A stretch of DNA of 56,015 bases, filler included, from Sphacelaria rigidula (lineage: Eukaryota), in assembly GCA_964200075.2 (NCBI GenBank). It is 3 parts of 3 records of this genome, joined end to end, with 100 filler letters (N's around TTAATTAATTAA, not from the genome) between each part and the next. Parts side by side here need not be neighbours in the genome. Positions count along the whole stretch, not along the records: positions 1 to 18,612 come from CAXNAA020000826.1; 2 more parts are not named here. One strand, given 5' to 3'. The notes under the pieces were generated by a model. The model saw nothing but the letters and a program-made list of their open reading frames with translations, was not told where the DNA came from and searched no databases. The position numbers and the translations under genes were made by a program. How positions within the stretch are numbered: position 1 is the first letter of the stretch; each line of letters opens with the position of its first letter. Shown here piece by piece: positions 1-10,362 of this stretch.

Positions 1-246
1 TGGCGTGTTTCACAGCGTCATCGCCAGCCGACGCCAACCCCATCGGGGGTCCGCCCCTACAAAGCCGGGACGGAGCACGCCGGGTTCTCGCCGGCCCAGG
101 CTAGGGGGGCGTACTCATTCGTTGCTTGCCTTAGTCGTTTGACCATTGACCACGCATCCCTTGCGAGACGGAAACTCGTTCCTACTCCTAATACAAGCAC
201 GTCCAACATTTCGGGGCTCATTACGTTTCTTCTATACATTACACAT
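1..246 (-). mobile_element. 5'-truncated LINE (non-LTR retrotransposon) 3' end: ORF C-terminus plus 3' UTR
   Basis: The minus strand reads KKRNEPRNVGRACIRSRNEFPSRKGCVVNGQTTKASNE*, homologous to the C-terminus of the LINE fragment at 36810-37304. The UTR (1-113) recurs inverted at 18466-18612. Bounded by a G12 run at 247-258. Confidence 0.8.
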
Positions 247-1195
247 GGGGGGGGGGGGCACATCGAGGAACCACGGGAGGAACATGAGAGACGGGAGTAA
301 CGCACACTTTTAACTCTGTGTGAGTCATGCTCCTTCGTGGTGTAATTTCCGTGAGCTCGTGGACGAGTATGCCTGACATGACAGTGCAGATACATAGTAC
401 TCGGAGATGGCATCTCGACGAAACACTTATTGGTGCAAGTTGTCACGCATTCAGAGGCAAACCGCTTCTGGTGTCGCCGACAACGATAACATTTTCTTCA
501 ACAAAGGGTGGTGCTCATTCTTCACCGCTATCAACCCATTGACTGGATTCCCAGCGCTGCCCTACACCTACAGGCGAGTATTCACTGCCGTGCTCCTACC
601 AGTACGGTTATTGTACACTTTTTATTTGCTTCTCCGCACGAGAGTCGTAAGATGTAGTGCTTCTTATGTATCGTTCAACGCCCTATCAAGCATCAAGCGT
701 TCACCAGCCCCCACCGTGCAGACGACAGGCAGCCAAGGCAGATCATACCTAGAAAGCAGGAAACACCAGTACAGGCAACAATGCGGTTTGATCTGCTGGA
801 CAGAACATATGATGTGGGTGGAGAGAGAAGTTGCTCAAGCGTTGACTCTCAAACTACGTCCACGTTGAAGTCGCGACATGCTTAGGTTCAGCAAATTGCG
901 ACGTCTGAGTAGCCGATATCCCCCCCCCCCCGCCCACAACCCATCCACTTGAAAGAGGTAGGGAGGGAAACGGGCCGTGTGGGGGGTTTTGATTCCGTAT
1001 ATCACGAACGGAGTACCTGTGGGGGCTGTTTGTGTGTCGGACGGCGGAGGGCGGGTGCTACAGTATGAAGATGCAAATCGCCGGTGGTTATATGGAATTA
1101 TGAGGAAAGTGCCCAGCGGTAAAATGGCCGCTTGTGTTGCGGTACATTATACTCAAGCAGTGCGTTCCTAGAAAAAATAATATTGTTATTCTCAC

Positions 1196-2516
1196 CCGCC
1201 GTGGGTGATGAGTACTGGGCATTCTAAGGGTTCCCTGCCTTTCACCCCGCCATTATTTTTGAGTCCGGCGAGACCCTTCGCGAAGCTCTCGGCGTTCTTG
1301 CGCTGGAGTGCAGTCTCGAGGCAGAGCGGTGCCTGATCGAAATACCCAAGACAGGTGAGGGGGTCGTTAACGATGTGTGCGCGACTACGAGTCGGACGCC
1401 AAACGCAGCCACTGCTCGAGCAGACACAGCACAATAACGCGAGCCTAGCGCCGAAGTCCACAGCGAAGACTACACTCCTTGGACTTTTGGCACTCCCAAA
1501 ATTCGCAATGGAAGTGTTTGTTCCCCGCGCTGGCTCATACGTAACATTAACTAACTATATTCCCATCGTCTCCCGAAAAGTACACTTGAAAACACTGAAG
1601 AAAAGCAACTCATGTAAGCCTAAAAAGCTGGAGGAACACACCGCATTCCCTCCTCGTGTGTACGGCGCTCGAAGAGAATCCAAGTAATCTGGCGGGAGCG
1701 ATGTCCCTCCAAGGACAGGGCTCGCTAGCACTACAGACAAGACTCCGTCGGCCGCCTCCGCTGCCTTGCCCGTGGCTTCCGAGGGGTTGGGGATTTTCAG
1801 TCCCGAACTTCGCCCTAACTCGAGCGCAGCTGCCGCACCGGTGCCGTGGCCGAACAGGTGGTAGGCGGACAGCTTGAACGTGTCGTTTACGAATCCCAGG
1901 ACGGTTCGTGTCTGGAACGTGATACGATAGGGCGTTTAAAGTGATCGACGGTGATTTCAGCGAGAGTTAGGGGGAAATCGACGTGAGGGGTACGGAAGGG
2001 GGGGACGATGTCGTGTGGACTGGGAGCTCCCGGTAGCCGGCGGTCCGTGCGCGTGTGTGATTATCTAGGCTGAGCACCAACCAGCATATTGAAGCATAGC
2101 GCATCTCATACTCCAAAGAACCACCAGCTCCATGGTCTTGAACTAGAGGCACTACACCGCAAATACTGGTGATGTATTCAGCACGGTATCTGACTGCAAC
2201 AGCCCCACAACAAATGGAAGGCAACGGCACGCTGCCACCACCTTCCCCAGCTCCCCCTTCCGGCAAACTCCTAGTGTGCGCACTGCGCCGTAAGACGTTT
2301 TAATAAACGTACGAACATACACGACACGAGCAGCATGTGTGTCCATACATCATCATACTTCCAACCCTTTCCTCCCTCGAGAGGAATCCGTAATCTCAGG
2401 GAATCAGCCCCACACCCCCCACCCCCCCCCCCCCCCACACGCNNNNNNNNNNTGTTCCCACCCCACTCCCTCCTCCCCCCCCCTCCCCCCCCCGGGAGGA
2501 ACCCGTAACCCCCGGG

Positions 2517-2550
<34 letters not shown>

Positions 2551-5136
2551 CACCTTCCTGATATCTTTGTTTCACGGATTGGATCTGAATTTCCGTACAT
2601 CATCGACTCTCGTTGAAATTCCTTTGCTACTCACGCCCTGCTGTCTTCAATAGTTACGCATCATAGAGCTGCCTCATGTGGGACACCAATTCACTAAGCT
2701 TTCCGCACAAGATCTTGGTTTCAAAATTCCAATGAGCCCTACCACCGTACGCCTGCCCTGCCGCAGACCTGAGCAACGAGGCTTGAAGTACCGGTCAGCT
2801 CAGAAGCCCCCTCCGCGGGAAGCGCGGAGGAATTGCCTGTGCCGATGGGGTCGAACGTGACCACGACCCTGTCATCAGTGGCCGCGCCCTCCAGTGTCTC
2901 AAGGTAATCATGTGGCAGTCCGGGACCGCCTGGGATGAGTACGAGAGGGTGATGGTTCACCTGCATGAAATCCGCCAAATCGTTATATTCGTTGCACCCA
3001 TCAGATCAATTCGTCATGTTTCAGCATCACGTCACAGAAGAAGCCTTTGTGGAGAAAACGTGGCGGATGCGGGAGAGTGGACGAGCGGACGTTCATGCCA
3101 GATTCCCTTTGTTTATAGAGGAATGCGCAAAAATGTGAGCACTCATTCAGTGTTGCGCAATGCATGCACGGGAGAGAAACGTCGGGCGCATTGATACAGA
3201 ACAAGTGAATGCGCAGGATACGGATTAAGTGGAAGCGTGGGCTAACCGCGCTCGTTAGCGCAAAATCACCGTGGCGAGCAGAGAAAAGCGACATCTGCTC
3301 CATCGCTTGTCCCGCATTCCATACCCCCCAATCCGCTCCTCACATGGCCAATTGGGCAGGGCGAGCACAAGCTGACACTAACACGAGGAACGCGTACGGA
3401 ATTGTAGCGATAAGCTCGTCCCCATTACATTTCCCAGCAACTGCACTGCGATATCATTCGCGTATCTGCAAGTCGTTGGGTACTTTGACAAGAACCGTGG
3501 TCGGTAGTAAAGACGTGGTGGGGGGTGGCCATCGACCTAGCACTACTGAGCTGAACAGTACTCACCGCTGAATGACACACGGAAGGCAACAAAGATGCAA
3601 TCGCCTTACTCAACCGTAGCAAAATCCTGCTGCGTGCCTGTTGGCTATTTTTTTTCTTTTGCACGACTTCTGCCAAGCGCTCATGTCCTTCTGGCGTCCA
3701 TATATGCCTGTAAAAACCATCCTCCAAAATCTCGCCGAAATCTCAGCGGACAGAATCTAGGAACAGAATCTCAGGGCGTTCAAACTGCCGAACCTCTTCC
3801 TCAACATAAAGATACCCTTGCCTGTACGGCCATGCCCAAAAGACTGTTCCTACACCCTCTCGCAGTGCACCATACTGTACACTGTACTGTATCAATTTGC
3901 AGAGCCATATTTCACCCCGACGATAACATGTGCAAAATAACCAAAACACAATTACGAATACTTCCCCTGAAATCGAGTCGAGATTGAATAAATGTCTGTT
4001 GGCGTCGAGTGTGAATAGACTGGAAATACTTTTCTCGGCAGAGGATGCGATGTTGATAATTTCGTTCGTGAACAGCGACTACGACGGGAATCATGCATTC
4101 TGTGGGTGCTGCGGTCTGATCGTTGTGTGGTTCCTGACCGCACGTTCTCACTGAAGAAGGTACAAAAGGTAGTCTGGAATGGCCTTGAGAGAGTTCGAGA
4201 GTGGTCCAGAAAAGACACGATCCCAAAGGGCAAGCCACATTCGATATACCTGAGGTAAGGATGTCCAAAATACGATACACCGCAGGAGGGTGCAATAATC
4301 CTCTTTTGTGCATGACCGTACGGGGCGAGAACATATCTATCCTAGGGAAGTTTCCAAGGCATGGGTGCGGTACATGTACCGTATATCCCACTGGGGGAGG
4401 ATGTTGCCTTTTCTAGACGAAAAAACGAAAAGTGTTTCAGTGTGCTGTGCACACGCGCACCGCCCGCTGTGAACAAAAAGCTGACAAATTTGTTCATCGC
4501 TCTCACTTTCTTTTGATCTTTTTCGTTTCCGACGGTCCTGATCCACAGCTTTCCCTTGTACCCCTCGTAATCGAACGGCACAAACACCTCGTCAAAATCC
4601 GTGAAGTACGCCCAGTAAGGGTACGGCTCGCCGCAAAATGCCCCCGCCGCCTGTGGACGACCGCTACCATCACCAGCTACCGCTAGCCCCGCTGACGCCG
4701 CAATTCCTGATGCACCGATCATCGCCGCCCGTCGTGCGGCTGTCTTCAAAAACTCTAGCCGGTCGCATCCCTCCGCCGCCGTCGCCCCTGCGACAGCATC
4801 ATTCGCCGGCATCCTTGTACTGCTGCTTGCATATAACGGTCGACTATATCTTTGAGTCCGTGGGGAACTCTTTGTTGTGCCGGCGCACAATCGGGACCAA
4901 GAGTGATCGAAGCAATGAATCATGCTGTTCCTGTGTATGTTGCTGTTTCGTCTATGGTTTGCATTCAGCACTGCTATCGTGCAGCTCGCAGCAGGAGTGG
5001 TACCGCGCACGGGTCGCGTCTTGGGAGAGCGGAGTTTCACGGGGTTGAAAGCTGTGAAGGCAGGCACAAGCAGCGACTCCGTGAAGAACATGCAAGCGGC
5101 AACGACAGCATGCGCAAGTAGACCACGACCCACCAT
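1196..5136 (-). CDS. Proline-iminopeptidase-like alpha/beta hydrolase (S33-like), plastid/thylakoid-targeted, 3' end incomplete. Exons 5136-4507, 2960-2769, 1911-1642, 1332-1196
   Basis: All four exons have GT-AG boundaries and consistent phase (0,0,0, ending in phase 2). Motifs: LWIRTVG, PLVLIPGGPGLPHDYL, VVTFDPIGTGNS, YHLFGHGTG, GVLSVVLASP, CPVLITHGG. The N-terminal signal peptide ends FTA|FNP. A candidate next exon starts at 748 (ttctag|G TAT GAT, giving HGGYD) but is uncertain. Confidence 0.85.
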
Positions 5137-5718
5137 GGCGCCCTTCTTCCCCTCCCTCTCCCTCTCTCTCTTCCTCTGTCTGTCTCTCCCTCTCTCGTGC
5201 TCGTTTTCTTCGTCCCCTCCCCTTCTCCTTTCCGGTTCGCTATCGCTCGCAGTATGTCTAACGAAGCTGTTGCTCTCTTCTATACCTGCCATGGTGTACG
5301 ACACACCGCAGGAGGAGAGAAGGAGTGACGAACCCACTCCTGTGGAGAGCGCTCCGTGCGACTTGCAAGCAATGTGTGGTAATTTTTGTATTATATATCT
5401 GCCTGATTACTCCTGCAAAGTGTAGCGTGGGGTAAAACCTCCACTCGCTTGGGGTACTCACCTCAAACTGCAACGCAGTACAAACATGGTGCTGCCTAAC
5501 GGGTGTAACATGATCCTGATACGCGTTGTCTATCGTCATACTACATTTCGAAAAAATCAACCATTTAAGATGTGGTGGCAATCTGGCCCTTCCTACTGTC
5601 CGAAGCTCGCTGTTGCCTGTCTAACCGTACTGTACTGCCCCACATTGCCCCACAGTAGCAGTCAACGCGTCGCAGAGATAGTGTGTTGAGCTCAGAGATA
5701 CCTACATTTTAGCTGATC
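5137..5718. promoter_or_regulatory. Short divergent intergenic region (putative bidirectional promoter/5' UTRs) with a CT-rich microsatellite
   Basis: 582 bp separate the two divergent ATGs (5136 on -, 5719 on +). A CT/GA-rich tract lies at about 5145-5230. Confidence 0.5.
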
Positions 5719-8700
5719 ATGGCTCTAGCGAAAGTGGGTGTGCTGTGCATGTGCGTCTTGGCTACAGCGACAGCTTTTTTACCCGCACCTCGTCCAACAC
5801 TTTCGTCTCATCATGTACCGGGAGGCAGTATCACTTCGACAACAGCGACAGCAGTAAGGAGGTGCAGTCTTAGTCCAAGGCCCATCTGTCATCGATCAGC
5901 AGTGACTGTGGAAGTACCTCGAAGGAACACTGATAGCTTGCGTGCCAAAGATATCACGAATGCAACTCGACCACCGTTACCTCTGCAGGTCTCATCTTCA
6001 CCAGACCAAGCAGCCGATCACCCCGGACTATCGGCAGACCCCCAGTTGCACCGCAACCTTCCGACAACGCCAGCGGCAGGAGCTAATTGTCGCATCGCAC
6101 TCACCGTCGCCTCCGCGCTCGCCGCGGGCCTTGCCGTGGCTGCGTTTGCCCCGGAAACCGCCGTCGCCGCAGCGTCAAAAGCGTCAGACTTCGTGAACGG
6201 CGGCGCTGCCGCTTCGGGTGAACACCTCCATGTCGGTCAAAAAATCGCCAACTTCTTCCGGCGGGGCGGCCTGCCGGACTGGGCCACCCTCATGACCATC
6301 TCGGCCATGCCCGTGGTGGAGCTCCGTGGCGGTGTACCCGTGGGACTGTGGATGGGAATGCCAATCCTGAAGACTTTCGTGCTTTGCGTGACGGGGAATA
6401 TGATCCCCATCCCTATCATTCTCTTGGCGCTGCGGTCGCAGTTTGTGCAGAAACTGGCTAAGCCGGTCCTGGACAGGGCGCGGGAGAAGGCGGAGGGATT
6501 TGGAGACGAGAAGTCGCAGGCACTTGCCTTGACCCTGTTTGTCGGGATCCCGCTGCCAGGTACTGGTGCGTGGACGGGCGCGATGGGAGCATTTTTGCTG
6601 GGCATGCCGTTTGGAAAGGTGAGAGGCGACTGAATAGCGACGCGAGGATGCAGGACGATCGATTTTGCCAAGGGTAGTTTTGACACAGGCCGAGCTAGAG
6701 TACAGGTCAGTCCCATTGTTTGACCCTCAAAAAGTACCTCCGGCGCAAATTGGACGGTCAGCAGCAAAAAAGTAACGCGCGTGAATTCCCCGTAACCATA
6801 TCGCAAACCTGGAGTGCGCCGCGCGCTCAGATCGTTCATACAGGTACTTGCGTAATTTCACCCTATCCTGGGACACAGAATACGGCCTAGTGGCGCTTAC
6901 CGAAGGTGGCGGTTTGATACAAAAATCAAGATGCCCAAATTATTTCCGGTTGCGCTAAATTTTGGTGGGTGTGTGGCTGATACCAAGACGAGAATAGTCA
7001 TACCCGTTTCGGCCCCGAACTCGTCACCGTTCGAAAAATGCGCCCAAAACAACATTGAGGAAAATATTTGCGACAGAGTACGAGTAAGGGATTACCGTGC
7101 CCCCGGGAATTCTTGCGACTTGTTTTTCACTCGAGTTGAGATATTCGGAGCGTTAAATTTAAATTTTGGGGAGGAGCGTTATCTACAATTCGACGGGCAT
7201 GACAAGCAGTGGTGGTATTTTCGTTTGTTGTTTTTTCATCATGGGGATGAAAGCGGATCCTTTTTTCAGAAGTCTAGTCGAATTGACCTTAGCCCCCCTG
7301 CCTAAAAAAGAATTTGCAAACGCCACCAGCCATGCCCTTGGAGTGGTCGATGCGCTTCTGCTAACTTCATGTCATGTGTCAAACCTGCAGTGAAGAATCC
7401 CAAGAGACACTTCTTTTGTTTCAGTGAATGGGGCAAGCCAGTGTGGTATACGATATGGCATACTGATATGTCGCGCAATCCATCACCAAACCAGATATTT
7501 TGCTTACACAGAACGACGCAGGCGACGCGACCCCGACCTACCGTCGAGAGAAGCCTTCGCAGACATTTTTGAAGGCGCTATTGCTCCCCCCCCCCCGTCC
7601 CCGTCGCCTTACTATAATCTTTCTCCAAAGCAAAACAACCTGCACTGCACTGCTGTATAGGGACACCAAATATTTTTCTTCTCTAGTGGTTACATGTCTC
7701 GAAGCGATGCGTGCGATAAGACAGGTACGGTCGTGGTGGTTGCCCACGAGGGCTTGATTGCTCACAACGCACAACAGAAACGTAGCCGACAACGCCGACA
7801 AGGTGGACGAGGAGAAAGTCCCCTGACACCTCCCGTAGCTGTCGTGCCCGAATATATGGCAGGTACCGCAAAAGGCACCTGCGTCTTGAGCATGGTGTCG
7901 AGGTTTGGGCAAGTGCGACGAAAACTTACCGTCGGGATTTCAGTAGACGGGGCATAAACATAGACACCACCATGTATATGATACACAGCATATTTATAAG
8001 TGTGACACAGTATATACAATGGGGGTGACGGAGTGACACGCATAAGTATGAGTATTTCAGCAATGGATGGAGATGTCGCGCAATCCGCCACCAAACCGTG
8101 TGTGGCAGTTTCCAGCGGATGTAGTGAGTATGTAGCTAGACGGGATACACGGTATGAGCACAAGCTCAAGACCTCATTTCCTCTATGAGTCGTGGCAAAT
8201 GGGGATTTTTTGTTTTGCGGGCCTGAGTTACTCCATCGTGTTGCAAAGAATCCAACGAATCGTGGTTCTTCAAGTTGGATGATTACGGCTTGAGCGTATA
8301 CCACGCTCTTTTCAACGCGGCTTTCAGATCAAGGCTGCCTTGCTGTCGGTCTTGCAACAAAACTTCTCAATCCTGAAGACTCCTCCTTGCGCAGTACGAG
8401 TGATCATGCACGACCTCCGACTGCCCACCTTTGTAATCGTTGCCGTTTTGTCCACATTAGGTCTGCTCTGAACGTTGGGACAAGGTGCAGGCGTTTCCGC
8501 ACATTTGTCTTTCCCGTTTTTTGCGGGGGCAGGAGGGGAAGGAAGCACACAGCCTTTATTCAAGGACCGTGCAAGTCTCCGCTTTCCTGAAAGAAATTAC
8601 GTTCCCAAAAGTCAATTTGCGTCACGCAGCCCGGCGAACGCGCAGCTCCAGAAACTGCACACAGCACAACTGCATTGCGCTGTAAATATTGATTCTCTGA

Positions 8701-9094
8701 CCGTGGTCACCACGATGTTGAACGCGGGTGGGCGTTGTCATGACACATATGGGAAGAGAGGGGTAGGGACGATGTAACCAGTGACCCAAATTCACCACGC
8801 ACCTGTCGTGTGTTCAAAATACGATCGGGAACGTCGAAAATCAACCCCAACTTTCGGAACTGACCTCATGACCACCCTCCCTCCGACCTGCACCCCAATA
8901 CCTCCTGTTAATGAAACACGCAGGCGATGCTTTCCATTTTCGTCGGTGTAGTGAGTGCTGGTCTCATCATGAGCTGCCTCACCCTCGCGGGTAAGGCCGG
9001 AGCGCTCCTGGCGACGGCGGTGCTGGCCGTGTTCTGTGTGACGAGTATTGTGTCTGGGGGCAAGTCGAAGGCCTCGGATAATGTATCGCCGTGA
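5719..9094 (+). CDS. Plastid-targeted small multidrug export family protein (Sm_multidrug_ex / COG2426), 356 aa. Exons 5719-6618 and 8924-9094
   Basis: Family motifs ISAMPVVELRGGVPVG, GNMIPIP and LFVGIPLPGTGAWTG. Donor AAG|GTGAGA at 6618. Acceptor ACGCAG|GCG at 8924 gives hydrophobic AMLSIFVGVVSAGLIMSCLTLAG...SP*. The signal peptide ends ATA|FLP. Confidence 0.92.
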
Positions 9095-10362
9095 CTGCAG
9101 AGGAGAACTCAGCATGCTCGCTTGACAGAGGAGCGGATAAGAGCTTTTGTGGATTTTGAAGTAGCGGTAGAGTTGACGGCAGAGGTACTGACGGTCCGGG
9201 TCCGGGAGGTATTGATTTAAAGGTTGGGGGGAGGGGAAGTGGAAGCTTAACAAGATGGAAGGAAGCCCTGATACGCCGGAGTGTTTGTAACACCGCAGCA
9301 GGAAGGAAGCTGCGGATGGGGTTCCCGCATGCGACTCTTCGGGGCTTCTGGAAGGAATAATTACACCATATGTGTGACGAGAACGAGATATTTACACTTC
9401 CAGACTTTTTTCAACGTGTACAGCCACATGCCGCACTATAGGGTGTGCACCACATCGAAAATAACTCACTTTCACAAAACTTGCCCGAGAATAAACTACA
9501 CGTAATGCACTTCTTCAGTCGAATGCGGAGTCCCGATACGATAACTTCCCGCGACATGTTCCACCTATGCGCATCACCCGACAAATGAAATAGATTCAGC
9601 CTAAAACGCTCTATTTGCTGTCACACAGATTCAATCGTCACATTACGATGGACCACAAAGCATCTTCTCCAGACAAACACTACACGCCAGATAGATATTC
9701 ACATCACACGAAAATGGGAATTCTTCAAAGGGAAACGCGCGGGGAACGGACCGGGCAAGAACGCTCCGAGCTGTTTCGCGTTTGCCACCGATGCAAGCCA
9801 CAACCCGCGCCTCTACAAAAACGCAACACACCCAGTCTAAACAAATATGCCGATAACTTGCATAAGAACAAAAATGGCATACACCGCCCCTGCTTCTTGT
9901 CGAGGGGCACCCTTCCATTTCTCCGTTTCTGTTAGCCTGGAGAGCCACAAGAGATGGCGCCAGAACGCACGACACATGCACATGCAAATGCATGCTTGTA
10001 CCGACATAAACATGGGACTTCATGACCGCGGACTTCGGCCGTTGTCTTTCACACATTCTCCCACACATCCAACATCGGGAGTTGTTCCAGGATCGAACAG
10101 TACACGACAGCACCAGTACGAGGGTAATCTTGCTTTTGACAAACAGTAAGTAATAACACTACCGACAACACTCAAAAACATGAAAAAAACACTACATAAC
10201 AACAAAAGCACCGAATTTTTGTCCTCTGTGGTCGGCGTATGCGGCACTAAGGCCTAGGAATGACTCCCAAACTCGTACGCCAACGTCGGATCATACTACA
10301 CTGACACAGGAATCTTGAGGCGACACGTAGTCTATCATATCCTCCGCAGAGCCGAGCAAGGT

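Noticed and set aside
105..118. Recurrent ATGAGTAC + poly-C (also 18466, 50794) as a site-specific insertion target
   Set aside because: It is the LINE's own stop codon and the start of its 3' UTR (...TKASNE*), so it is internal to the element.
2271..2653. Gly/Pro-rich ORFs
   Set aside because: They arise from poly-C runs around an N gap in an intron and are low-quality sequence.
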